Below are positions 1 through 14,904 of a stretch of 64,000 nucleotides of DNA, piece by piece. The notes under the pieces were generated by a model. That model was not told the origin of the DNA. It saw only the letters and a program-made list of their open reading frames with translations, and made no database searches. The DNA is taken from contig JBBRCU010000007.1 of NCBI GenBank assembly GCA_038204565.1, positions 13,026-77,025 of the forward strand, given 5' to 3'. The position numbers and the translations under genes are program-made. Origin of the DNA: Candidatus Limnocylindrales bacterium (GTDB lineage: Bacteria; Chloroflexota; Limnocylindria; Limnocylindrales; CSP1-4). The first letter of the stretch is position 1. Each line of letters starts with the position of its first letter.

Positions 1-253
1 GCTCGACGACCGCCCCGGGCACACGGTAGTCGCCGCCGCCGGGGGTCGGGAAGTCCTGAGCGACCGGGTCACCGAGGCGGTTGGAGAAGCCCTCGAACGG
101 CCGCGTGACCAGGTGGCGATACGACCGGCCGCTCGCGAGGGCGGCGCCCATGTGGAGGAGTCCAGGGGCGCCGCCCTCGTGAATGGCCAGGATGTAGCTC
201 AGCTGACCGTTCGAGAGATGGAACTGGCGATCCTCCGGACGCCACTCGATCAT
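1..253 (-). CDS. alpha-galactosidase (GH36), N-terminal 84 aa only; the gene continues beyond the window start
   Basis: Reverse-strand translation from the ATG at 253..251 gives MIEWRPEDRQFHLSNGQLSYILAIHEGGAPGLLHMG...DFPTPGGGDYRVPGAVVE. This matches the conserved GH36 N-terminus (the EYPTxGxGDFRxPA region). It begins 2 nt after the beta-galactosidase stop. Confidence 0.6.
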   Translation of the reverse strand, partial: MIEWRPEDRQFHLSNGQLSYILAIHEGGAPGLLHMGAALASGRSYRHLVTRPFEGFSNRLGDPVAQDFPTPGGGDYRVPGAVVE

Positions 254-255
254 CG

Positions 256-5266
<5,011 letters not shown>

Positions 5267-5317
5267 CGCGGGCCTGCTCGATCCTCGCGGTCACGCTGCT
5301 GGTTGCGGCGCGTTCCG

Positions 5318-6703
5318 CTAGGCCAGAGTGTCGTAGAAAGCCTGGATCCCCGAAAGGAACTTGTCGAGATCCTGCGTCGGGTTGCCAAGGAAGCTCTGCA
5401 GGAAACCTTGCATGCCGTTTGCTCCGGCGAACGCCGGGTTCGTGTCGCGGTCAAGGAACTGGGCGATCTTCTGGGATCCCCCGATGATCTCGGCCATCTT
5501 CTTCTGGAAGGGGGTGTACTTGCTGGTGTCGGCGTCCTTGGCCGCCGCGACGTTGTTCGGGCTCGACGCGAGGAAGATGCCCTGAGCCTCACCGGTCGAC
5601 AGGTATTCCATGAAGGCCTTTGCACCGTCGAGGTTCTTGGCCTTCGAGGAGACCATGAACCCGTCGATCGGGGCGTCGATCGCCGATTCAGCGTCGAACT
5701 CGGTGCCGAAGGTCGGGAACGGGAAGAAGTCGAGGTCGTCGTGGATGGCCGGGTCGGTGGCTTGCTCGCCGGCGAAGGTGCCCAGAAAGTACATCCCGGC
5801 CTTCTTGCCGATCATGTCCTGGGCCGCTTCCTGCCAGGTCTTGCCGAGCGGCTGCGGGTCGAAGTAGGGGAGAAGCTCCGCCCACTTCTGGAAGACGGCC
5901 TTCGTCTTCGCGTCGCTCCACTTGTTCTTTCCGGCCATCAGCCCGATGTGATAGTCGTAGCCGTTCATCCGCATGTTGAGGATGTCGAACGTGCCCATCG
6001 CGGGCCAGCCGTCCTTGTCCCCGAACGCGAGCGGGATGAGCCCGGCGGTCTTCATCTTGTCGCCGAGCGTCTTGAACTCGGTGATCGTCTTGGGGATCGT
6101 GTAGCCCTTCTCGCTGAAGAACGACTTCCGGTAGATGACGACCCACGGGTAGTTGTAGAACGGGATGAAGTACTGCTTCCCGTCGTCGCCGGTGGACGCG
6201 GTCTTGAAGGCGTCAGCGTAGTTGGATCCGATGGACGACCAGACGTCGCTGATGTCGGTCGCGAGTCCTTGTGCGGCGAAGAATCGCATTCGGTACCCGG
6301 CGAACCAGGTGAACGTGTCGTCCGGGGTCGCCTGGAGATAGGCGTTGATCGTGTCCTGGAACTTGCCATGCTCGACGGTGTTGACGGTGACCGCGATCCC
6401 GGTCTTCTTGGTGAACCCGTCTACGACCGCCTGCATCGCCTTCTTCGGCACGTCGTCGGAGTAGTTCGACCCAAACGTGATCGTGCCGGTGGCGGCCGGC
6501 GGAGTGGACGCGAGTGGCGCGGAAGGCGCAATGCCGCCCGACGGACTGGTGCCGCCGGATGGCGCGGCAGCGCTCGGGGACGGTGTCGCGCCGTTGCCGC
6601 AGGCCGCGACGAATGCCGAGACACCGCCGAGGGCCGCGAGCGCGGCGCCTCCCTTGAGGACCTGGCGGCGTGTGACGGACGGGAGGCTGTCAGATTCAGT
6701 CAT
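5318..6703 (-). CDS. ABC transporter sugar-binding lipoprotein (extracellular solute-binding protein family 1)
   Basis: N-terminus RRQVLKGGAALAALGGVSAFVAACGNG is a Tat-like signal followed by a lipobox cysteine. The protein is 461 aa. A strong SD (AAGGAGGA) precedes the ATG at 6703. Confidence 0.8.
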   Translation of the reverse strand: MTESDSLPSVTRRQVLKGGAALAALGGVSAFVAACGNGATPSPSAAAPSGGTSPSGGIAPSAPLASTPPAATGTITFGSNYSDDVPKKAMQAVVDGFTKKTGIAVTVNTVEHGKFQDTINAYLQATPDDTFTWFAGYRMRFFAAQGLATDISDVWSSIGSNYADAFKTASTGDDGKQYFIPFYNYPWVVIYRKSFFSEKGYTIPKTITEFKTLGDKMKTAGLIPLAFGDKDGWPAMGTFDILNMRMNGYDYHIGLMAGKNKWSDAKTKAVFQKWAELLPYFDPQPLGKTWQEAAQDMIGKKAGMYFLGTFAGEQATDPAIHDDLDFFPFPTFGTEFDAESAIDAPIDGFMVSSKAKNLDGAKAFMEYLSTGEAQGIFLASSPNNVAAAKDADTSKYTPFQKKMAEIIGGSQKIAQFLDRDTNPAFAGANGMQGFLQSFLGNPTQDLDKFLSGIQAFYDTLA

Positions 6704-6943
6704 GCTCGCTCCTCCTTCGGGTCAACCCTGCGCAAGCCTAGGCAGGGCGGGCCATCGCCACAGGATTGTCGCGACGGCGACCGCGAATGTCAAGAGAGTC
6801 ACTCACATCCGAACAAGTTATTTTGTGCGAGTTCGTTGACTTCATCCCCTGCGCGCGCGAAGATGGCCGCGATCGGTCAGGGCCGAGTCCGTCCGACGCG
6901 TCGGGCGCGGCCCGCCTGGCATCGGAGATCCAGAGGAGATCGC

Positions 6944-7792
6944 ATGCTCGCCCGTCAGCGTCAGGCGCTCATCCTCGACCGCGTCCGCGGCACGGGCGCG
7001 GTCCGCGTGGCCGACCTCGCCCGCGACCTGGCCGTCTCGGACATGACGGTGCGGCGGGACCTCGAGATCCTCCATGAGCACGGGCTGCTGGAGAAGGTCC
7101 ACGGCGGCGCGACCGCCTTGTCCGACCTCGCGTCGTTCGAGCCGGGGTTCGTCGCGAAGTCCTCACTCCAGCAGGAGGAGAAGGCGGCGATCGCCGCGGC
7201 CGCCGCGAGTCAGGTCGAGCCCGGCATGGCGATCGGCATCTCGGCGGGGACAACGACGCACATCCTCGCCGCGCGGGTCGCGGAGATCCCGCGGGTCACG
7301 ATCGTCACGAACTCGATTCGAGTGGCCGACCTCCTGCATCGATCGGGCCGGCGCGACCAGACCGTCATCCTCACAGGCGGGACACGGACGCCCTCGGAAG
7401 CGCTCGTCGGCACGTTCGCAGTCAGCCAGCTCCGAACCGTCCATCTTGACCAGGTGTTCATGGGGGTCCACGGGATGGACGCAAAGGCCGGCTTCACCTG
7501 TCCGAACCTTCTGGAGGCCGAGACGGACCGAGCCTTGATGGACGCTGGGCGCCGCCTGGTGGTCCTCGCCGACCACACGAAGTGGGGGGTCGTCGGGATC
7601 GCGTCGATCGGCGCGCTCGATCAGGCCGATCTGCTCATCTCCGACCAGGGGCTGCGGGCCGACGCCCGCGCGCTGCTGGCCGCGTCGGTCGGCGAATTCG
7701 TCGTCGTCGGCGATGACCCGGCCGCGCTTGACGAAGGTGCGCATTCGGGCCGCTACCCGGACGCGGCTCCGGCGGCTGTCCGTGCCCACTGA
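6944..7792 (+). CDS. DeoR/GlpR family transcriptional regulator
   Basis: N-terminal HTH: RQALILDRVRGTGAVRVADLARDLAVSDMTVRRDLEILHEHGLLEKVHGGA. The C-terminus is a DeoR sugar-binding domain. The ATG at 6944 follows GAGGAGAT. It is divergent from the sugar ABC operon. Confidence 0.8.
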   Translation: MLARQRQALILDRVRGTGAVRVADLARDLAVSDMTVRRDLEILHEHGLLEKVHGGATALSDLASFEPGFVAKSSLQQEEKAAIAAAAASQVEPGMAIGISAGTTTHILAARVAEIPRVTIVTNSIRVADLLHRSGRRDQTVILTGGTRTPSEALVGTFAVSQLRTVHLDQVFMGVHGMDAKAGFTCPNLLEAETDRALMDAGRRLVVLADHTKWGVVGIASIGALDQADLLISDQGLRADARALLAASVGEFVVVGDDPAALDEGAHSGRYPDAAPAAVRAH

Positions 7793-8855
7793 ATTCGCCG
7801 ACGGACGCGTCTTCGCCTCGATCGCGGCGCTTGAGGCGGTACCTCATCGCCGCTACAACCCATTGCTGGACGAGTGGGTCCTCGTGTCCGCCGGCCGCAC
7901 GGACCGACCATGGCTGGGGCGCCGCGAGCGAACTTCGACGACGGATGCGGTCGTCCACGACCCGACCTGCTATCTCTGCCCCGGCAACCGCCGGGCGAAT
8001 GGCCAGGCCAACCCGGATTACCAAGCGACGTTCGTGTTCGACAATGACTTCGCGGCGCTCCGTCCCGACGTCCCGGCAGGCGGGTTCCGCGATGGCCTCC
8101 TCGTGGCGGAGGTCGAGCCCGGCACCTGTCGAGTCCTGTGCTTCGCGCGACGGCACGACCTGACCCTCGCCGCGATGCCCGCTGAGGACGTCCGCCGCGT
8201 TGTGGACGTGTGGGCGGAGCAGACGGCCGAGCTGGGGCAGCGCTATCAGTGGGTCCAGGTGTTCGAGAATCGTGGTGAGGCAATGGGCGCGTCGAATCCG
8301 CACCCGCACGGTCAGATCTGGGCCGGCGCGGCGCTGCCAAACGCCGCGGCGCGCGAGGATCGGACGCAGCGCGCCTACCGGGCCGAGCACGGCCGGCTTC
8401 TCCTGCTGGATGCCGCGGCGCAAGAAGCAGATGGGCCGCGCGTGATCGTCAAGAACGATGACTGGTTGGTCGCCGTCCCGTTCTGGGCCTCCTGGCCGTT
8501 CGAGGTCCTCCTCGTCGCGCGGACGCCCACCCAGCGCCTGCCCGACCTCGATTCCCGTCGCCGGGACTCGTTGGCGGTAACGCTCATCGAGCTCCTCGGC
8601 GCCTACGACCGCTTGTTCGGTGTCCCGTTCCCCTACTCGATGGGTTGGCACCAGGCCCCATTCCGCGGCGTGGCAGAAGACGTGCACTGGCAGCTCCACG
8701 CGCACTTCTTCCCGCCGCTTCTCGACGCAGAGAAGCGGAAATTCATGGTCGGCTACGAGCTGCTCGCGGAGACCCAGCGCGACCTCACCCCTGAGGAGGC
8801 CGCCGAGCGGCTGCGGGCCGCGCTCGGGGCGGACGAGGTGGGCTCGGCCGTCTGA
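7782..8855 (+). CDS. galT: galactose-1-phosphate uridylyltransferase
   Basis: HRRYNPLLDEWVLVS and the active-site motif FENRGEAMGASNPHPHGQIWA (HPH). The track ORF starts at 7713, but that overlaps deoR by 80 nt. The in-frame GTG at 7782 places HRRYNP near residue 20, as in E. coli GalT. Confidence 0.75.
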   Translation: MPTEFADGRVFASIAALEAVPHRRYNPLLDEWVLVSAGRTDRPWLGRRERTSTTDAVVHDPTCYLCPGNRRANGQANPDYQATFVFDNDFAALRPDVPAGGFRDGLLVAEVEPGTCRVLCFARRHDLTLAAMPAEDVRRVVDVWAEQTAELGQRYQWVQVFENRGEAMGASNPHPHGQIWAGAALPNAAAREDRTQRAYRAEHGRLLLLDAAAQEADGPRVIVKNDDWLVAVPFWASWPFEVLLVARTPTQRLPDLDSRRRDSLAVTLIELLGAYDRLFGVPFPYSMGWHQAPFRGVAEDVHWQLHAHFFPPLLDAEKRKFMVGYELLAETQRDLTPEEAAERLRAALGADEVGSAV

Positions 8856-8866
8856 CCCGGGCGGGT

Positions 8867-9856
8867 CTAGGACTCGCCGACGCCGAGGCCGACCCCGGCG
8901 ACGCCGTCCGTTGGGGCAGCAGAGGGGACCTCCGGAGCAACGCCGCCGCGGGCGAACAGCGGCCGCGTCCCGAACGGGGCATTGACGAGGGCAATGCCGC
9001 CGATCACGAGGGCCGCCCCGAGGAGGGTGCTCTCGGCGATCGGCTCGCTGAGGACGAGCGCCCCGAGCACGATCCCGTACACCGGCAGGAGATACGCCAC
9101 GAGCGACGTTCGGGTCGCGCCCCAGTGCTGGAGGATCCGGAAGTAGCTGAGATAGGCAAGACCGGAGCCGAGGAGGCCGAGCCAGACGACGGCAAGGATC
9201 GCCTCGGGGGCCGGCACGACCGCCAGCGGATGCTCGGTCACGAAGGCGAGGGTGCCCGTCACGAGCAGCCCGAAGAACACCTGAACGAGCGCCGGGATCA
9301 TCGGCCGCAGGCCGTGGACATGGGCCTTGGCGTAGACGTTGCCCGCGGCATAGGAGATCGTCGCCCCGACCAGGGCCAGCTCGCCGATGGCGTTGGCGGA
9401 GCCGAGGTCGGTGATGTCGAGCCCGACGAGAATCGCGACCCCGACGAAACCGACGACCAGCCCGGCCACCCGGTTGACGGTGACGGTCTCACCCTTCAGG
9501 AAGATCGCGGCGATGACGATCACGAAGAGCGGCACGCCACTGTTGATCACCGACGCCAGCGATGAGTCGACCGTCTGTTCGGCGAACGTGATCAGGCTGA
9601 AGGGAATCGCGATGTTGATCACGCCCATGACGAACAGGTGGCCGTAGATTCGGGGGCTGCGAGGCAGCGGCTCGCGGAATGCCGTGACGACCGAGGCGAG
9701 GAGGAGGAGCCCGATCAGGAGCCGGAACATGATCAGGGTGAACGGCTGGAGGCCGTGATCGACGCCGATCTTGATGAACAGGTAGCTGCTGCCCCAGAAG
9801 AAGCCGAGGGCGATGAAGATCAGCCAGTCGATGCGGGAGCCGCGGGATGTCGTCAT
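8867..9856 (-). CDS. EamA/DMT-family transporter
   Basis: Ten predicted TM helices with two EamA-like repeats (FFWGSSYLFIKIG...). It is 329 aa. Confidence 0.7.
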   Translation of the reverse strand: MTTSRGSRIDWLIFIALGFFWGSSYLFIKIGVDHGLQPFTLIMFRLLIGLLLLASVVTAFREPLPRSPRIYGHLFVMGVINIAIPFSLITFAEQTVDSSLASVINSGVPLFVIVIAAIFLKGETVTVNRVAGLVVGFVGVAILVGLDITDLGSANAIGELALVGATISYAAGNVYAKAHVHGLRPMIPALVQVFFGLLVTGTLAFVTEHPLAVVPAPEAILAVVWLGLLGSGLAYLSYFRILQHWGATRTSLVAYLLPVYGIVLGALVLSEPIAESTLLGAALVIGGIALVNAPFGTRPLFARGGVAPEVPSAAPTDGVAGVGLGVGES

Positions 9857-10077
9857 GGGGTCTCATGATCCTCGATTGCTTGGCCTAGGGCAATGGGCCA
9901 ACCCGGGCTTGTCCCCCTGCTTGACGCCGGATGTCCGTCGTTCGAAACCCGGCTTCCGGCGCCGTCGTTGCAGGTCACCGGCTCCGTTGTGCCGATCGTG
10001 GCACCGGAGCCTGCCGGATCGCGGCATGATTGGCTCTCGCCCGGGTCGCCGGGCGGTCAGCGCGTCAAGGAGGTCGG

Positions 10078-11517
10078 ATGCGGCTCTGGGGCGGACGGTT
10101 CGCCGGCGACAGCGACGAGCAGGTTGCCGCGTTCGGCCGGTCGGTCGAGGTCGATGCCGAGCTGGCGATCGACGATCTCGATGGCTCGGTCGCCCATGTC
10201 CGCGGACTCGGCCGCGCCGGGATCGTGAGCGACGCCGAGGTCGGTGCGATCCTCGAGGGGCTGGCCGGGCTCCGTCGCGACGTCGAGAACGGCGAGCTCC
10301 ATTGGGACCCGGCGCTGGAGGACGTCCACCTCAACCTCGAGGCGGCCCTCGCCGAGCGGATCGGGCCGGTCGCCGGCAAGCTCCACACCGGCCGTTCGCG
10401 AAACGACCAGGTCGCCACGGACCTGCGGCTGTGGACTCGCCGGGCGATCGATCGGCTGGATGCAGCCCTCATCGACTACGAGGATGCGCTCGTCGACCTC
10501 GCCGAGCGGGCCGGTGATGCCGTCCTCGCCGGCACGACCCACACCCAGCCGGCCCAGCCCGTCCTGTTCGGCCACCACCTCCTCGCCTATGTCGAGATGG
10601 CCGAGCGCGATCGGGGACGTCTCGCCGACGCCCGCCGCCGGCTCAATGTCAGCCCGCTCGGCGCCGGCGCCCTGGCCGGGGCGGGCTACCCCCTCGATCG
10701 GGCGGCGACGGCCGCGGATCTTGGATTCGATGGGGTGACCGCGAACTCCCTCGATGCGGTCGGCGACCGGGATTTCGTCGTGGAGACCCTCTCCGCGGTG
10801 GCCCTCGCCATGGTTCACCTGAGCCGACTGGCCGAGGAGATCGCGTGGTGGTCGAACCCGCGCTTCGGGTACATTCGCGTGGCCGACGCCTACTCCACCG
10901 GAAGCTCGATGATGCCGAACAAGCGCAACCCCGACCCGGCCGAACTGATCCGCGGCCGGACCGCTGCCGCGATCGCCGCCGTCACCGGGAGCCTGACCCT
11001 CCTCAAGGGCCTGCCCCTCGGCTATCAGCGCGACCTCCAGGAGGACAAGCCGCCGCTGTTTCGCGCCGTCGCGACCCTCGAGGCTTCGCTGGCGATCTTC
11101 GCCGGGCTGATCGCGACACTCGGCGTCGAACGCGAGCGGATGGCGGAGGCGGCGGCCGAGGGGTACACGACCGCGACGACCCTCGCCGACGCGCTCGTGA
11201 GGCGCGGGGTTCCGTTCCGCGCGGCTCACCACATCGTCGGGGCGCTCGTCGGCCGGGCTGAGGTGGCCGGAATCCGGCTCCTGTCCGACGTTCCAGGGAC
11301 CGACCTCGCCGAGCTCCTTGCCGCCTCGGATGACTCGGTTGCGGCGGGCCTGGCCGAGGACAGCGGCGCAATCGTGGAGCTCCTTACACGGGCGACGGTC
11401 GAGGGTTCCCTTGCGGCAGCCGATGTCGTCGGCGGAACCTCGCCGGTCCGCGTCCGCGCGGCGATCGGCACGGCTCGCGAACGGATCGAACGTCTTCGGG
11501 CTGAGCGCCGGACCTGA
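10078..11517 (+). CDS. argH: argininosuccinate lyase
   Basis: MRLWGGRF start and the fumarate-lyase signature GSSMMPNKRNPDPAELIRG. The ATG at 10078 is preceded by AAGGAGGT. The track ORF begins earlier at a TTG. Confidence 0.9.
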   Translation: MRLWGGRFAGDSDEQVAAFGRSVEVDAELAIDDLDGSVAHVRGLGRAGIVSDAEVGAILEGLAGLRRDVENGELHWDPALEDVHLNLEAALAERIGPVAGKLHTGRSRNDQVATDLRLWTRRAIDRLDAALIDYEDALVDLAERAGDAVLAGTTHTQPAQPVLFGHHLLAYVEMAERDRGRLADARRRLNVSPLGAGALAGAGYPLDRAATAADLGFDGVTANSLDAVGDRDFVVETLSAVALAMVHLSRLAEEIAWWSNPRFGYIRVADAYSTGSSMMPNKRNPDPAELIRGRTAAAIAAVTGSLTLLKGLPLGYQRDLQEDKPPLFRAVATLEASLAIFAGLIATLGVERERMAEAAAEGYTTATTLADALVRRGVPFRAAHHIVGALVGRAEVAGIRLLSDVPGTDLAELLAASDDSVAAGLAEDSGAIVELLTRATVEGSLAAADVVGGTSPVRVRAAIGTARERIERLRAERRT

Positions 11518-11652
11518 ACTCGCGCCCGCGCCTGCCGGCCTGCCGGCAACGCGTCGGCGATCGAGACGACCGGGCATTTCCTGAGCCCGAACCGCCGGTG
11601 CTCTCGGGCGACGTACCATCGGCTTCTCCGCCGCTCACCGCACGAGACGCCG

Positions 11653-12756
11653 ATGCCGACCCTCGACACCATCCGCCAGGCCCCGAAAGCGCTGCTTCAC
11701 GACCATCTCGACGGAGGGTTGCGCCCGGCGACGGTGATCGACCTTGCCCGCGAGTTCCACTACGACGCCCTGCCCACGACCGACGTCGACGAGCTCGCGA
11801 CGTGGTTCCGTCGTGGCGCTGACCGGAAATCGCTGGAGCTCTACCTCGAGACGTTCACCCACACGTTCGGGGTCATGCAAGAGAAGGACGCGATCATCCG
11901 GGTTGCCGCCGAGTGCGCGGAGGATCTGGCCGCCGACGGGGTCGTCTACGCCGAGGTCCGCTACGCCCCGGAGCTCTCGACCGACCATGGGCTGACCCTC
12001 GACGAGGTGGTCGAGGCCAACCTCGAGGGGTTCCGGATCGGAGCGGAGCGGGCCGCTGCGGCCGGCCAGCCGATCGTCATGAAGATGCTCGTGACCGCGA
12101 TGCGCCAGGCCGCCCGCTCCGTCGAGGTCGCCGAATGCTCCGTTCGCTGGCGGGATGCGGGGGTCGTCGGATTCGACGTCGCCGGACCTGAGAAGGGCTA
12201 CCCACCGACGCGCTATCTCGACGCGTTCGACCACATCCGACGGGAGAACTTCCACATCACCATCCACGCCGGCGAGTCGTTCGGACTGCCCTCGATCTGG
12301 GAGGCCCTTCAGTTCGCCGGGGCGGAACGGCTCGGGCATGGCGTCCGGATCGTCGATGACATCACCGTCCGTGACGATGGCTCGGTGGCGCTCGGGCGGC
12401 TGGCGGCGTTCGTCCGCGACCGGCGGGTGCCGCTCGAGATGTGCCCGACCTCGAACGTTCATACCGGCGCCGTGGCATCGATCGCCGACCACCCGATCGA
12501 TCTCCTCCGCCGGCTCCGCTTCCGGGTCACGCTCAACACCGACAACCGGCTGATGAGCGGCGTCTCGATGTCGTCGGAGTTCGCGGCCCTGGAGGGCGCA
12601 TTCGGGATCGGCCTCGGCGAGATGGAGTGGCTGACGATCAACGCAATGAAGAGTGCCTTCGCCCCGTTCGACGAACGGCTCCGCCTCATCAACGAGGTCG
12701 TGAAGCCGGGCTACGCCCGCCTCCGGGCCGCCGAGTCCCGAGTTGTCGCCGGCTGA
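11653..12756 (+). CDS. add: adenosine deaminase
   Basis: [12 protein letters not shown] (zinc-binding HxHxDG), TIHAGESFG and [10 protein letters not shown] motifs. It is 367 aa. Confidence 0.85.
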   Translation: MPTLDTIRQAPKALLHDHLDGGLRPATVIDLAREFHYDALPTTDVDELATWFRRGADRKSLELYLETFTHTFGVMQEKDAIIRVAAECAEDLAADGVVYAEVRYAPELSTDHGLTLDEVVEANLEGFRIGAERAAAAGQPIVMKMLVTAMRQAARSVEVAECSVRWRDAGVVGFDVAGPEKGYPPTRYLDAFDHIRRENFHITIHAGESFGLPSIWEALQFAGAERLGHGVRIVDDITVRDDGSVALGRLAAFVRDRRVPLEMCPTSNVHTGAVASIADHPIDLLRRLRFRVTLNTDNRLMSGVSMSSEFAALEGAFGIGLGEMEWLTINAMKSAFAPFDERLRLINEVVKPGYARLRAAESRVVAG

Positions 12757-12936
12757 TCGTCGGCGGCTGATCGTCGGCGGCCCGCGGAAAGCGCCGAGTT
12801 GCCCTTCACTAACGTGTGTCACGCACACAAGTTGGATCCAAACGGCAGGATGCGTGGCGGACCAGCTGCCCAACGCCTGAGGAAAACGGTCCTGCAATTC
12901 GGGCCTCGTGCCCAAGGTGGACTAAATCGTAACCGC

Positions 12937-13167
12937 GGCTATACCGCCATCGGTCTGCTCTACGGCAACGTCGGCCAGTTCGTCGCCCAGGTCGTCGGTG
13001 CCGCGGTCGCGTTCATCTGGGCGTTCGGGGCCTCGTGCATCTTCTTCAAGGTCCTCGACCGCCTCGTCAAGCTGCGGGTCTGCCCGGAAGTCGAGCTGGC
13101 CGGCCTGGACATCCCGGAGATGGGTCTCGGTGGCCACATCCCGGACGACCTGCCCGCCGCCGCCTGA
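12937..13167 (+). pseudogene. ammonium transporter (Amt) 3' remnant: last ~76 codons only
   Basis: GYTAIGLLYGNVGQFVAQVVGAAVAFIWAFGASCIFFKVLDRLVKLRVCPEVELAGLDIPEMGLGGH matches the AmtB C-terminus (...GVQALG...WSFVVSFILFKVID...LRVSEEEEIxGLDISEHGE). Upstream codons in all three frames are unrelated and have lower GC. No Amt TM core is present. Confidence 0.55.
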
Positions 13168-13226
13168 GCAACCCTGATCGTCCATTCCGCACCGGAGCGG
13201 TCGATCGCCACCCGTTCATCACCTTC

Positions 13227-13251
13227 AGAGCCCGGCCTCCGGCCGGGCTCT
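13227..13251 (+). terminator. GC-rich hairpin (11-bp stem, 3-nt loop) downstream of the amt remnant
   Basis: AGAGCCCGGCC-TCC-GGCCGGGCTCT is a perfect inverted repeat. There is no U-tract, which is typical of high-GC intrinsic terminators. Confidence 0.4.
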
Positions 13252-13342
13252 CCGCTATCCTCCGCCGGGATGTACATCCAGCGAAAAGATTCGACACGTC
13301 TGGTCGTCAGACGATCGATCCGGATCGTGTTCCGTTGGATCG

Positions 13343-14644
13343 TTGAGTGAGCATCCGCCCGTGAACGCGGTGCTCAGGCAGATCGACGGCGGGCTCGGGC
13401 GCAGGTTCTGGACGCTCTTCTCCGCGTCGCTTCAGGCCAACCTGTCCGACGGGATCTTCCAGATCGCGCTGCCACTCCTCGCCGTCAGCTTGACGAAAGC
13501 GCCGGGTCTCGTTGCCGGCGTCACCGTGGCGTCGCGGCTGCCGTGGCTGGTGTTCGCGCTGATCGCCGGCGCCCTCGCGGACCGGCTCGACCGACGCCGG
13601 ACGATGGTCCTCGTGGACGCCGGGCGGGTGATCCTCCTCGCTGGGTTGGCAGCCGCGGTCGTCGGCAACCTCGCCACGATCTGGCTGCTCTATGCGGTTG
13701 CGTTCGTCCTGGGCTGTTTCGAGACGATGTTCGACACCGCGGCCAGCTCGATGCTCCCGAACGTCGTCGGCAAGGGCAAGGTGGTGGCGGCGAACAGCCG
13801 GCTGAATGCAGTCGAGCTGACGATGAACAACTTCGTCGGACCGCCGGTCGGCGGGTTCCTGGCCGGAATCGCGCTGGCGTCGGCGTTCGGTGTGGCCGCC
13901 GCCGGGTATCTCGGGGCGCTCCTCTGCCTCGTCACCCTCAGCGGCACGTTCCGCGCGACGCGGACCGGACCGCCGGCCTCGATCGCGGCCGAGATCCGGG
14001 TCGGGATGTCGTACCTCTGGCACCACAAGCTGCTCCGGACGATGGCGTTCGTCGTCGGCCCGATGAACCTCGCCACGACCGCGGTGTTCGCAATCCTCGT
14101 CCTGTACATCGTCGCCCCGGGGCCGCTCGGGCTCGACGGGGTCGGGTTGGGCCTGCTGATGACCGCGCTCGCGGTCGGCAGCGTGATCGGGACGATCTTC
14201 GCGGCCCGGTTCGAGGCGATCCTCGGCCGGGCCAACCTGTTCGTCGCCTGCATCGCCTCGCTCCTCGCCGGCGACCTCGTCTGGATCGCGACGAACAACC
14301 CGGTCCTGATCGGCGCCATCCTCGCCGTCTCGGCGTCCGTCGGCGGCGCCTTCAACGTCGTCTTCGGCTCGATCCGCCAGAGAATCGTGCCGAACCATCT
14401 CCTCGGCCGGGTCATGGCCAGTTTCCGGGTGATCTCGTGGGGCTCGCTCCCGCTCGGGGCGCTCCTCGGCGGTCTGATCGCCCAGAGCTTCGGGCTCGTA
14501 GCCGTCTTCATGGCGGCGGCTGTCATTCACGTGGCCCTCCTGCCGTCGCGGCTGATCCTCACCGACAGGTTCATGGCTCAGGTCGAGGCGCATGCCGCGG
14601 CGAACGAGGTGGACGGCGCCGACGGTCCCGAACCGGCCGCCTGA
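13343..14644 (+). CDS. MFS transporter (EntS/DHA3-like exporter)
   Basis: Twelve predicted TM helices. The N-terminus has the MFS motif region GALADRLDRRRTMVLVD. TTG start at 13343 (alternative GTG at 13361). Confidence 0.75.
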   Translation: MSEHPPVNAVLRQIDGGLGRRFWTLFSASLQANLSDGIFQIALPLLAVSLTKAPGLVAGVTVASRLPWLVFALIAGALADRLDRRRTMVLVDAGRVILLAGLAAAVVGNLATIWLLYAVAFVLGCFETMFDTAASSMLPNVVGKGKVVAANSRLNAVELTMNNFVGPPVGGFLAGIALASAFGVAAAGYLGALLCLVTLSGTFRATRTGPPASIAAEIRVGMSYLWHHKLLRTMAFVVGPMNLATTAVFAILVLYIVAPGPLGLDGVGLGLLMTALAVGSVIGTIFAARFEAILGRANLFVACIASLLAGDLVWIATNNPVLIGAILAVSASVGGAFNVVFGSIRQRIVPNHLLGRVMASFRVISWGSLPLGALLGGLIAQSFGLVAVFMAAAVIHVALLPSRLILTDRFMAQVEAHAAANEVDGADGPEPAA

Positions 14645-14904
14645 GCGCCCGAACGGGGTCGTCCCGGCTCCGAGCCGGGATCGCCCTCCGCTTCAAGGTG
14701 CTGAGTCATCAACTGACTCGGATTCCGCCGTAGCCCGCGTGACCATGTCGCCATGCCGACCCACTCAAGCGCACTGGCAGTCGAATTGAGTCAGGGGCTG
14801 ACTCACGCGCCGCCCCGCGCCGCGCCGCGGACGTGAGGCTGTCGGGATGAACCGAACGATTCGAGCGGCTTGCGGCGCGGGCCGGCACGTGGTCTGATGC
14901 GACG

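Noticed and set aside
5303-7792. An 829-aa plus-strand ORF spanning the SBP gene region and deoR
   Set aside because: The N-terminal ~547 aa are antisense to the well-supported SBP gene and are low-complexity (Arg/Gly/Asp-rich), which is typical of GC-driven open frames. Only the C-terminal DeoR portion from the ATG at 6944, with its SD, is real.
9925-9960. A T-loop-like CGTTCGAAACCCGG with a flanking GCCGGA/TCCGGC stem, possibly a tRNA
   Set aside because: No acceptor stem, anticodon arm or CCA context could be folded around it. The region is the DMT/argH divergent intergenic segment.
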